Source: Ahniellaceae bacterium (lineage in GTDB: Bacteria > Pseudomonadota > Gammaproteobacteria > Xanthomonadales > Ahniellaceae). Taken from it: a DNA stretch of 64,000 nt. Under the pieces are notes generated by a model. That model was not told where the DNA came from, did no database searches, and saw only the letters and a list, made by a program, of their open reading frames with translations. The stretch's first letter is position 1, and each line of letters begins with the position of its first letter. Location of the stretch: contig JBGASK010000004.1 of the NCBI GenBank assembly GCA_044229785.1, positions 138 through 64,137 on the forward strand. The letters are read 5' to 3'. Positions 18,252 to 27,253 of the stretch are shown piece by piece. The position numbers and the translations under genes are program-made.

Positions 18252-18340
18252 TAGTTCGTGATGAGAGTCTGGATTCGGACGCGATTCTTGGTAACGATGT
18301 TCTGAATGCAGCTGCTGGCGGATTTTCCGTTTCGCGGGGA

Positions 18341-19024
18341 TTGAGTTTGGCAACGGCACTGGCACTGTTGATCAGCGCCTGGTCCCCGACAGTCGGCGCG
18401 TCGGATTCAACGACAGCCTGCGATGGCATTCCTGCTGGCGACGTTTGTGCCCAAGGACCACAAGTCCCGGTATCGCCTATTGATCGAGACCAATGGGTGC
18501 CGAGGGTCTTCCCAGACTTCCCGGATATTGGGTTCGACGACGACGAGAGCAGCTTCACTCCCGATGGATATGCTTCTTCATACCAGCAACTGACATGTGC
18601 GGAATGGACAAGCACAAATCTGAATTCGCTCCCCGACGGGTGCTCATCTTCGAATCCGCCACTCGCGGTCTCCCCCTCCGATCCACCTTGTGGTCCCGAC
18701 GGGAGCTGGGTCTCGCAATATCTACCGCAAACGGTCGCGGATGCTTGTGTGGCTCACGATGTTTGCTACAGCCAGTTGAATGGCGACAAAGATCGGTGCG
18801 ACGACGCATTTGATGGAAACTTGCTGCTCACCTGTGAGCGACAGTTTCCGTACCATTGGATTGTCCCATTGGATGCCGGATATCTCGCTTGCGTCAGTCA
18901 GGTCACAAGCTACTCGGCCGCTGTCCGACTGCCCTGGGCTAGCTCGCGATTCCAGGAGCTTCAGCGAGAAGCGCAGTGTAGGCAATGGCATCAGCGACGA
19001 GAGAACGAATCCGATTGCTCGTGA
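18341..19024 (+). CDS. Secreted cysteine-rich protein with phospholipase A2-like catalytic motif
   Basis: Signal peptide (M)SLATALALLISAWSPTVGA from a TTG start after GGGGA. ACVAHDVCY...DRCDDAFDGNLLLTC resembles the secreted-PLA2 C..HD.C(Y) ... C.CD..F..CL core (for example bee-venom group III). 11 Cys in the mature part. Confidence 0.5.
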   Translation: MSLATALALLISAWSPTVGASDSTTACDGIPAGDVCAQGPQVPVSPIDRDQWVPRVFPDFPDIGFDDDESSFTPDGYASSYQQLTCAEWTSTNLNSLPDGCSSSNPPLAVSPSDPPCGPDGSWVSQYLPQTVADACVAHDVCYSQLNGDKDRCDDAFDGNLLLTCERQFPYHWIVPLDAGYLACVSQVTSYSAAVRLPWASSRFQELQREAQCRQWHQRRENESDCS

Positions 19025-19091
19025 TCGATTTGGACTGTCTGTGCGCGATCGCGCGTGACGTGGTCGCGTACTTCACCAAGGAGAAACTCCA

Positions 19092-19976
19092 ATGAAACGA
19101 GCCATGACATTGCTCGGCGTGTCGGCATTTGTGCTGGTCGTGTATCTGGCAAGTCAACAATCGACTCGGCAAGTCGATATCAGCGATAGTGCTCCGGGCC
19201 ACTCGGACGAAGGTGAGCAATCGGATGCCAATAGCGAAGCGATGAACACGCATGCGCTGCAAGCCGGGGGCGAAACACTCGCGGTGCGCGATGGAGGACG
19301 AACAAATCCCTCCTATTACCTGAAGCCTCGACCCATCGAAGCGGTACATCTTGGTTTCCGGCCCGAGCCTGGTTCATTGCCGCTGGCACTACCACCCACC
19401 TCCCAGAAGAAGCGCTATCCGGGCGAACTGGAAGCTCGTACTCCGGAAGAGGCGGCCTGGCTGGACAGGCATGGATATCCAACGCAGGAAGAGCTTGACG
19501 CGCTTGATGCAATGACGGAACTGGAACTGGCGGAGAGGGCGGCGAGAGGCGATCTCGCAGCGATGGCATTGCTGGGCGAGAAGCAATTGCGCCAAGGCAA
19601 GATCGTCGAAGGCCAAAGCAACCTCAATGAATCGGCAATGCTTGGTTCGATCTGGGCAATATTGGCGCTGGCCGATTCGCAGAAAGCGCGCGGAAACACG
19701 ATAGGCGCCATAGAGTTGTACCAACTTGCCGCGTTGCGTGGTGATTGGCTTTCACCGTCGTTGCACATGCAAACTGGACTTCGCAAGGAAATCAAGACAG
19801 CGGAGTTGCTCTTCACGCCCGGAAACGTGGCGACCTTGTTCGCCAATATGCAGCGGCTGCGGGCACTGAGAGGCCTCCCTCCGTTGGGAGTGGAGACTCG
19901 GCCCAACCCATTCAATCGCCCGGGTGGGGACGATCCAGTCGGCGTATACCCGCGGAGTCGTGCGAACGCCAATTGA
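19092..19976 (+). CDS. Membrane-anchored protein with Sel1/TPR-like helical repeats
   Basis: GGAGAA RBS. N-terminal TM anchor (LLGVSAFVLVVYLA). Repeat-like segments ERAARGDLAAMALLGEKQLRQGK and AIELYQLAALRGDW. The family assignment is tentative. Confidence 0.5.
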   Translation: MKRAMTLLGVSAFVLVVYLASQQSTRQVDISDSAPGHSDEGEQSDANSEAMNTHALQAGGETLAVRDGGRTNPSYYLKPRPIEAVHLGFRPEPGSLPLALPPTSQKKRYPGELEARTPEEAAWLDRHGYPTQEELDALDAMTELELAERAARGDLAAMALLGEKQLRQGKIVEGQSNLNESAMLGSIWAILALADSQKARGNTIGAIELYQLAALRGDWLSPSLHMQTGLRKEIKTAELLFTPGNVATLFANMQRLRALRGLPPLGVETRPNPFNRPGGDDPVGVYPRSRANAN

Positions 19977-19994
19977 ATCGCTCGAGGTGTTCGC

Positions 19995-21047
19995 ATGACG
20001 CTAACCTTTTTCGGCGGACTGCCAGGTGCACCGTGTCGGGTCACCGTATTGCCAAGTCCGATCAAGAATGCCTGGCTACCCGATCACCGCGCGGCCTGGA
20101 GGGAATTGGCGGGCGAATTCACAAGTCTGCCTGACATTGCCCAGCGAACATGTTGGTGGTTCGCTCTGTCGATATTGTCAAAGTCCGACTGCGCGTCGAG
20201 TTGTATGGTCCGTCTGTCTCCCGCTCGCCGCCGCGCAGACCCGTCGAAGCAGCATTGGATCGACTCGATCGATCGGATCGCATCAGCTGACGGCATTGTC
20301 GATGGTCAGACGATGTTGCAATGGCGCGAAACCCTTCTCGGTCGGACACGAGCAGCATGGCGAACCGGCGGCGTCAGGTTCGGCGTGGCAGCGGACGGCG
20401 TCAACGATCTCTGCTTCTGTGTTGACGCCGACGCTGTTCCAGACCTGATTGCGGATTGGAGTGCATTCGTAGCGCAGCACAAGGGAGATCCTGGCGCAGC
20501 CTTGGTCGCCTTTCGGCAACTCGTGCTCATTCATCCGTTTCCCGATGGAAATGGGCGAATGGCCCGAGTGGTCGTCGCCCATTTGACAGCGGCTTGCGGA
20601 TTGCCGAGATTGCTGATGATGCCTGCGCTAGCGTTGTTTCGTGCGCGAAACGACGGCGACCGTGCGGACTACAGCACGGCCTTCGCTTCGGGCGACGCAT
20701 CGTTGTTCAGCCGCTTCGTCCTCGACCGAACCAAGCGCCTCTTGTCTACAGCTCGACAGCTCGCGCCTCGAATCGAGCGCGCTGTCGCCGATAATCTCCC
20801 GCCGGCCGCTCCCGGCTCATTTCCGTCGTTGCTGAATCGGCGACTGTCGGAGTGGCCCGTGGTTGCTGTGGAAGAACTGTCGAGGATCGGACGATGTAGC
20901 GCGCGTAACGTGCATCGGTGGTGCGAAACCTATGCAGGCAGCGGCGGATTTTCATACGACGGCTCGCAACTGGTGTGGCGCTCGCTGTTGGAAGATCTCG
21001 ATCGAATTGAACCGGAGTTCTGGGCTCCAGTCAGGGATTCGTTCTGA
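19995..21047 (+). CDS. Fic-domain protein (AMPylase-type motif)
   Basis: Canonical Fic motif HPFPDGNGRMAR, with a GAGGTG RBS. No [ST]xxxE[GN] inhibitory motif is found anywhere in the 350 aa. Confidence 0.75.
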   Translation: MTLTFFGGLPGAPCRVTVLPSPIKNAWLPDHRAAWRELAGEFTSLPDIAQRTCWWFALSILSKSDCASSCMVRLSPARRRADPSKQHWIDSIDRIASADGIVDGQTMLQWRETLLGRTRAAWRTGGVRFGVAADGVNDLCFCVDADAVPDLIADWSAFVAQHKGDPGAALVAFRQLVLIHPFPDGNGRMARVVVAHLTAACGLPRLLMMPALALFRARNDGDRADYSTAFASGDASLFSRFVLDRTKRLLSTARQLAPRIERAVADNLPPAAPGSFPSLLNRRLSEWPVVAVEELSRIGRCSARNVHRWCETYAGSGGFSYDGSQLVWRSLLEDLDRIEPEFWAPVRDSF

Positions 21048-21071
21048 ACGATCTTGAAGTCGGGAGGGCGG

Positions 21072-21992
21072 CTACCTGCGCGAAAGGCTGGCGACTGCAG
21101 AACCGATCACGACCACGGCGGCGCCGGCGTAGCCGAGTGCGGTGATGGTTTCCGGCGGAACGAGCGCCGGATTCAAACGGTGCGCGATCTCGACCGAGAC
21201 GACGGTGAGCAGCGGCGTCAGCGCCAGCACCACGCCGACGCGCGACGCTTCCCAGTGCGCCAGCGCTTCCGCGAAGGCGCCGTAGGCGGCGACGGTATTG
21301 ATCAGGCAGTAACCGAGCGCGATCGTGTGCACGGTGTCGAGCCCGACGAGCTGCGCGGGCGATGCGAACGGCGTCAGCAGCACGGCGGAGATCGCATAGA
21401 TCGCCATCATCACCGCGCCCGAGCCGAGGTGCTGCAGCATCTGCTTTTGCGCCAGCGCGTACACCGCCCAGACCACGGCCGCGACCAGCACGATGGCGGC
21501 GCCGAGCAGATAACGATCCGTCGGCACCGCGGAATGGCGGGATTGATCGAGCGCGAACAGGCCGAGTCCGATCGCCACCGCGGCGACGCCCGCCCACTGC
21601 AACGCATTGAAGCGCTCGCGGAAGACGACGATGCCGCCGATCGACATCAGCAGCGGCGCGGCCTGAATCAGCAGCTGCGCATTCGCCGGCGTGGTGTAGT
21701 GCAAGCCGATGGTGTAACCCACGAAGTTGCCGATCAGCATCACCGCGGCGAGCAGCAGCAACCACCCGCCGCTGCGCGGCAGCCCGCGGAACTGGGCGAA
21801 ACCGCCGCGCCATGCGGTCCACAGCGCCAGCATCAGCGCCGCCGCGACGAAGCGCGACCAGATCAGCGTCCACACGTCGATGTGTTCGATGACGAGGCGA
21901 ATCGCGATCGGCAAGGTGGCCCAGAACACGGCGGTGGTGATGGCCAGCGGCAGACCGATCTGCCAGCGGCCGGTGGCTTGGTGCAAGGCCAT
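21072..21992 (-). CDS. EamA/DMT-family transporter
   Basis: 306 aa with about 10 TM segments and two EamA-like halves. G+C returns to the core level. Confidence 0.85.
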   Translation of the reverse strand: MALHQATGRWQIGLPLAITTAVFWATLPIAIRLVIEHIDVWTLIWSRFVAAALMLALWTAWRGGFAQFRGLPRSGGWLLLLAAVMLIGNFVGYTIGLHYTTPANAQLLIQAAPLLMSIGGIVVFRERFNALQWAGVAAVAIGLGLFALDQSRHSAVPTDRYLLGAAIVLVAAVVWAVYALAQKQMLQHLGSGAVMMAIYAISAVLLTPFASPAQLVGLDTVHTIALGYCLINTVAAYGAFAEALAHWEASRVGVVLALTPLLTVVSVEIAHRLNPALVPPETITALGYAGAAVVVIGSAVASLSRR

Positions 21993-22049
21993 GGTCGTTC
22001 CCGTGAAGGCGGCGACGCTAACACGCGCCGCGATGGCAAACCGTGGGCG

Positions 22050-23768
22050 TCACGATGTCTTGCGCAACGCGACGCGCAATTTCGTTTGCAGGCCGCCGGA
22101 GCGCGCCAGCGGGCGCGCCAGTGCGGCCTCGATCGCGTCGTCGTTCGCCCACAACGACAACGACCGCTTCGCGCGCGAGGCTGCGGTATAGAGCAATTGC
22201 CGCGACAGGATCGGCGCATCCGGGGACGGCGGGAGCAGGACCGCCACATGTGCGTACTCCGAACCCTGGCTTTTGTGGATGGTGATGGCGTATGCGGTTT
22301 CGTGCGCCGGCAGCAGGGCGGGCACGAAGGCACGTGCCGGCACCGTAGCGTCGCCGTCGAACCAGACCTTGAGCCGACCCTGTTGATCCGGCAGCGCGAT
22401 GCCGACATCGCCGTTGAAAAGGCCATGCGCATCGTCGTTGCGCGTGATCATGACGATGCGGCCGGGAAACCAGGCGCGCTCGCCGATGCCGAATTCGCGA
22501 CCCAGCGCCGACTGCAACACGGCATTGACGGCAACGACACCGAATGCGGACTCGCGCAATGCGCACAACAGTTGACGCTGTCGCATCGTTTGCAAGGTCT
22601 TGGCCGCGCGCCCGGCGTCGTGACGGCCTTGCACATCGCAACCGCGCAACAACTCGACAAGCGTTTCGGACCAGCGCAGCAACCGCTGCCGCAACGCCCG
22701 CGCATCGCGCAACGGCTGTTGATCGACGACGCCCGAGCGGTAGGTGGCGCGCAACGCATCCGCATCGCCCTGCCGGATCGCGGCATGGGCGGCGCCGAGT
22801 TCCGGCGTGGCGCGGAACACGTGTTCGAGACGAACGAGTGCGGGCGAACTCGATGCTGCCAGGGCCTGCACCGCGTCGGTCAACACCGCGCCGGCCGCGA
22901 TCGATGCGAGCTGGTCGGCATCGCCGACGAGGATCAGGCGCGCATGCGCGGGCAAGGCCGCGAGCAAGGCGCGCATCTGGTCCAGATCGAGCATCGAGGC
23001 TTCGTCGACGACGACGACATCGCTCGCCAGCGGCTGCTCGACGTTGCGACGCCAGCGTCCGTGGCGCGGGTCGAATTCGAGCAGTCGATGCAGGGTGCTC
23101 GCCGACAGCGTCGCCGCCCCGTCGAGCGCCGGACGCCACGACGCATCGAGCCGCGCCGCCAATTCGACCTGACCCTGCACGATGGCCTGATGCAGTCGCT
23201 GCGCCGCCTTGCCGGTGGGTGCGGCGAGATGGATGGCAAGGGGCGCATCGCTGCGATGTTGCAAGGCCAGCAGCATGCGCAACACCGCCGTGGTCTTGCC
23301 GGTGCCGGGGCCGCCGGTCAGCACGATCAGCCGTTGCGACAGTGCCGTCGCGACCGCCTGCCGTTGTGCGGCGCTGCGCAGGTCGCCGTCGAACAGCACG
23401 TCGACGAAGGCGACATCGACCGCGCGGGAGCGCGTCCCTTGGCCGATGCGTGCGGCCAGCGCATCGGCCACGGCGACTTCGGCCGCATGCGTGCGCCAGA
23501 AGTAGAAGCGGTCGTCGCCGTCGAGCACGAAGGGCGTGACCGCGACGCCGTCGCCGACCAGGATCGAGGCGCGACAGGCGTCGAGCTCGGCGCTGTCGAG
23601 CAGCAACGCGGTATGTCCCCGGCTTTCGGCCAGGCTCAGCCGGGCAGCGCAGCGTGCGAGTTCGTGCGTGCCGCCGATCGCCCTTGTCCAGCGATAAAGC
23701 AGATGATCGACATCGCGCCATTCGGGTTCATGGATGCCGGTGGGTGGAGAGGCGAAGTCGAAGCGCAT
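22050..23768 (-). CDS. recD: Exodeoxyribonuclease V alpha subunit RecD
   Basis: Walker A LTGGPGTGKTT, DEASMLD, and TIHKSQGSE near the C-terminus. The start overlaps the recB stop. Confidence 0.92.
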   Translation of the reverse strand: MRFDFASPPTGIHEPEWRDVDHLLYRWTRAIGGTHELARCAARLSLAESRGHTALLLDSAELDACRASILVGDGVAVTPFVLDGDDRFYFWRTHAAEVAVADALAARIGQGTRSRAVDVAFVDVLFDGDLRSAAQRQAVATALSQRLIVLTGGPGTGKTTAVLRMLLALQHRSDAPLAIHLAAPTGKAAQRLHQAIVQGQVELAARLDASWRPALDGAATLSASTLHRLLEFDPRHGRWRRNVEQPLASDVVVVDEASMLDLDQMRALLAALPAHARLILVGDADQLASIAAGAVLTDAVQALAASSSPALVRLEHVFRATPELGAAHAAIRQGDADALRATYRSGVVDQQPLRDARALRQRLLRWSETLVELLRGCDVQGRHDAGRAAKTLQTMRQRQLLCALRESAFGVVAVNAVLQSALGREFGIGERAWFPGRIVMITRNDDAHGLFNGDVGIALPDQQGRLKVWFDGDATVPARAFVPALLPAHETAYAITIHKSQGSEYAHVAVLLPPSPDAPILSRQLLYTAASRAKRSLSLWANDDAIEAALARPLARSGGLQTKLRVALRKTS

Positions 23769-26700
23769 CAGCCTGCCTCCGCCGCCGAGGTCGCGAACAG
23801 GGCATCCACCGCGTCCAGAAAATCAGGTGCGAACCGGTGCCGCCACACGCCGCTGCCGGGCGCGAGGCCGACGGCACGCACGAACAGATAGATGACGTCG
23901 CCGAGCCGCAACGGCTGCGCATCGGCACGTTGTCGGCGCGCCAGATATCGCCGCACCGCGACGGCATACAGCAGCGCCTGCCAGCGATAGGCGTGATCGC
24001 CCATCGCGCGTTGCAATGCCTCGTTGTCGTAGTCCGCCAGGGTATTGCCGAGATGGTTGCTCTTGTAGTCGAGCACATGCACCGCCGCGTCGTGCACGAG
24101 CACCAGATCGATCTTGCCGCTGAGGAATCCGCGCAGTTCGGTCTCTCCCAGCCCGTCGGGAACGAGTCCGGCTTCGCCGGAACGTTCGCACAACGCGCGC
24201 AGGCGGCCGATATCCAGCGCGTCGAGACGAAACTGGAAATCCATCTCGGCGCGTTGCGCGCCTTCGTCGAGATCGCCGAGGCGCAGGCCGCGACCGAGGT
24301 CGGCATCGAGCGTGGCCTGCACGCGTTCGATCAGCGCATCGACCAGCGCCGTCTGCGTCGACGCGTCGACACGCAACCCCGAGCGTGCGAGCTGCTCGTG
24401 CACGAGGGCGCGTTGTTCGCGCATCGGCCGGCCGATCGAGCGATGTTCGAACACGGCGTGCACTACATTGCCGAACTCGGTGCCGCGCCAGTCGGACAAT
24501 GCGCCGAGGCGCGGCTCGCTGGCGTCGCGATCGTCACCGACCGGCGCGATCCCGGAGGCCTGTTCGTCGCGTGCCGCATCGTCGTCGCGCCAGGCATGTG
24601 CGCGCGCCATCAGCGATGAAAAACTGTAAGCGGCATCGATCCGCCGTCGTGCTGGCCAGCTGCGCGCCTGTCGCTGCGACTGCAGATCGGCGACCGGCAG
24701 CGGCGCCATGACGCGCTCGCGGACATCGATCACGGCCACCTGCGGACAGCGGACGCCGAGTTGGGCCAGGTCGATGCCCTGCAGCAGACCGGCCCAGGCC
24801 GATCCTTCGGCGCCGGCCGACGCGTCGTCCTCCGGCAACAGCAGATGGCAGGCGTGTTGCGCCCGGGTCAGCGCCACATACAGCACGCGCGCCCGTTCCC
24901 GGGCCGACTCGCGGGCGGCGCATGCGCGATGCGCGGCGCGGCGCGCACTGCCGAGGTCGACGCAACGCGTGCCGCGTGCCGGATCGGTCCAAACCGGAAA
25001 CTCGTCGCGTCGCCCGCGGTGCATGTCCATCAACGGCAGCAGCACGACCGGAAACTCCAGGCCCTTGCTGGCGTGCAGGGTCATGAGCTGAACGCGACCG
25101 GCATCGGATTCGATGCGCAGTTCGCGTTCGCCGCCGCGCGCATCCTGCGCGTCGCCGGCACTCGCGCACTGGTTCGCGAACCACGCCAGCAACTGCTGCC
25201 GGCCAGGCCGGACGTGTGCCTCGGCCTGGGCCAGTTCGCCGAGGTGGCGCAGGTCGGTGAGCGCTCGCTCGCCGTCGACGCGCGCGAGCAGGTGCGGCGC
25301 GTTCGCGGCGATGATGCGGTCGATGGCATGCAGCACGCCATGCCGTTGCCAATGCTCCGACCACTGCGCGAAGCGGTCGATCTGCGCGCGCCAATCCGCG
25401 TCGTCGACTGCGTACCGGCGCAGGTCGGCGTCGGTCGCAGCGAACAACCGTGTCGCCAGCGCGGCACGCAAGGCGCCGGCGTCGGCAGGGTCGGCGAGGG
25501 CGTGCAGCACGACGCGCAACTCGTTCGCCCAGATCGAGGCGAACACGTCGTTGCGCCCGGCGCCGACGCAGGGAATGCGAAGGCGCTGCAGGCGCTCGCG
25601 CAGATCGACGATATCGTCGCGGCGCGGCAGCAACACGGCGATGTCGCCAGGCGCCAGTGCGCGGTCGCCAAGCTTCCAGCGGCCAGGCGCCAGTTGGGCC
25701 GCGATCAGGTCGGCGCAATGTTCGAGCGCGTCGCCATCGCGCACATGCAGCTGCAGCGCGGCCGTCCTGCCTGCATCGGTGCGATGCAGGGGTTTGCGAT
25801 CGGCACGGCCTGCGGCCCGCACCGGCACGTAGCGGATGGTGTCGTCGTCCATCGCGAACGGATTCGTGCTGGCGGCGTACAGCGCATTGGTCGCCGCGAC
25901 CAGATCGTGCGTGGCGCGCTGGTTCACGGCCAAGGTCAGGCGCTGGGTCGTGGTGGCCGCCGCCCGCAGATAGGTGGCGATGTCGCCGCCGCGGAAGCCG
26001 TAGACCGCCTGCTTCGGATCCCCGATCAGGAGCAGCAGGCCGCGCGCGGCGCCGTCGCGGTCGCGATGCAGGGCGTCGAAGATTGCCCATTGCCGTGCGT
26101 CGGTGTCCTGGAACTCGTCGATCAGCGCGACCGGCCATTGTGCGTGCAGGCGATCGGCCAGCGCATCGCCGTCGTCGCGCGGCGCCGTGGTCTCCACATG
26201 CACGCGCGCGATCAGCTCGTCGAAGGTGAATTGTTCGCGCTCGGCCAGCCGCGACGCGCGCCACTCCGCAAGCATCGGCAACACGCGACGCGCACCCTGC
26301 GCGCACAGGATGGCGTCGCGTTCCGTCAGCACGCTCGCGGCGTGGCGTGCGAAGGCCGCGACCGGATCGGCGAGTACGGCATCGACGCCAGCGGGATCGA
26401 TCTGGTCGCGCCAGTACGTGTCCGACAGCAGGTCGCGCAGCGGCTTGTCGTCGACCTCGCCCGCCAGATTGCGAACAGCGACCCAGTCTGCAAGTTCGCC
26501 GAGGCGCTTGCGCAGCGCCGTCTTTCGCGATTGCATCGGCAAGGTCGCGGCGAAGTCGCGCAAGCGCATCGGTGCTTCGGCGTCATCGAACAACGCGAAC
26601 AGCTCATCGACATCGCCGCCGAGCACGGTCACGCCGGGCTGCAGCGCCGCACGCATCAGTGTCGCGCGTGCGGCCGGCGCCATCCGCGCCAGCGCCGGCA

Positions 26701-27253
26701 GTCCGCCGCGTTCGTCGTCGCCGGCCGCGTGCGCCAGCCAGCGTGTCAGGTCGTCGAACAATTCGTCGCGCAAGGCCTCGTCGGACACCAGTTCGCCGAT
26801 GCGCAGCGATGTGCCCGCCGCCAGCGCCTGTTCGCTGAGCACGCGTTTGCACAAGGCATGCAGGGTCGCGATCGGTGCGCGCTCGAGTTCGGCCAGGGCG
26901 CATTGCAGCCGCCACTGCACCTCGGCGACGGACACCTGTTCGATCGCGGCGTCGAGCCACGATTGCACGACCACCTCGTCGGGCGACGCGGGCACGGCGC
27001 CGGCACTCCAGCGCAGCGCCCACTGCAGGCGCGCGCGAATGCGTTCGCGCAGTTCGGCCGCTGCGGCCTCGGTGAACGTCGACACCACGATGGCTTCAGG
27101 CCGCAGGCCCTGTTCCACGATCAGGCGCAGGTACAGCACCGAGATCGTCCAGGTCTTGCCGGTGCCGGCACTCGCTTCGATCAGGATGCGCCGGTGCGCG
27201 GCCGCGCGCGGATCGAGTTCGAGGTCGCGCCAATCGGAAGCGGCCCGGGTCAT
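23768..27253 (-). CDS. recB: Exodeoxyribonuclease V beta subunit RecB
   Basis: Start at MTRAASDW (ATGA overlap with the recC stop). Shows IEASAGTGKTWT, UvrD-like helicase motifs (IDEFQDTD, GDPKQAVYGFRGGD, TLHASKGLEF) and a C-terminal nuclease motif (GKIDLV...LDYKSN). Confidence 0.92.
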   Translation of the reverse strand: MTRAASDWRDLELDPRAAAHRRILIEASAGTGKTWTISVLYLRLIVEQGLRPEAIVVSTFTEAAAAELRERIRARLQWALRWSAGAVPASPDEVVVQSWLDAAIEQVSVAEVQWRLQCALAELERAPIATLHALCKRVLSEQALAAGTSLRIGELVSDEALRDELFDDLTRWLAHAAGDDERGGLPALARMAPAARATLMRAALQPGVTVLGGDVDELFALFDDAEAPMRLRDFAATLPMQSRKTALRKRLGELADWVAVRNLAGEVDDKPLRDLLSDTYWRDQIDPAGVDAVLADPVAAFARHAASVLTERDAILCAQGARRVLPMLAEWRASRLAEREQFTFDELIARVHVETTAPRDDGDALADRLHAQWPVALIDEFQDTDARQWAIFDALHRDRDGAARGLLLLIGDPKQAVYGFRGGDIATYLRAAATTTQRLTLAVNQRATHDLVAATNALYAASTNPFAMDDDTIRYVPVRAAGRADRKPLHRTDAGRTAALQLHVRDGDALEHCADLIAAQLAPGRWKLGDRALAPGDIAVLLPRRDDIVDLRERLQRLRIPCVGAGRNDVFASIWANELRVVLHALADPADAGALRAALATRLFAATDADLRRYAVDDADWRAQIDRFAQWSEHWQRHGVLHAIDRIIAANAPHLLARVDGERALTDLRHLGELAQAEAHVRPGRQQLLAWFANQCASAGDAQDARGGERELRIESDAGRVQLMTLHASKGLEFPVVLLPLMDMHRGRRDEFPVWTDPARGTRCVDLGSARRAAHRACAARESARERARVLYVALTRAQHACHLLLPEDDASAGAEGSAWAGLLQGIDLAQLGVRCPQVAVIDVRERVMAPLPVADLQSQRQARSWPARRRIDAAYSFSSLMARAHAWRDDDAARDEQASGIAPVGDDRDASEPRLGALSDWRGTEFGNVVHAVFEHRSIGRPMREQRALVHEQLARSGLRVDASTQTALVDALIERVQATLDADLGRGLRLGDLDEGAQRAEMDFQFRLDALDIGRLRALCERSGEAGLVPDGLGETELRGFLSGKIDLVLVHDAAVHVLDYKSNHLGNTLADYDNEALQRAMGDHAYRWQALLYAVAVRRYLARRQRADAQPLRLGDVIYLFVRAVGLAPGSGVWRHRFAPDFLDAVDALFATSAAEAG

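Noticed and set aside
18118-18615. Minus-strand ORF of 165 aa spanning the tandem repeat and the start of the PLA2-like gene.
   Set aside because: It overlaps a plus-strand gene that has a signal peptide and a catalytic motif. It has no RBS or motif, and the repeat-encoded segment (GSEGARERGSEGA) is an artefact of the microsatellite.
18059-21071. Flanking repeats or an integrase that would define the PLA2-Sel1-Fic block as a discrete genomic island.
   Set aside because: I found no direct repeats, tRNA or recombinase at its borders. Only the eye-judged G+C drop and the gene content suggest foreign origin.
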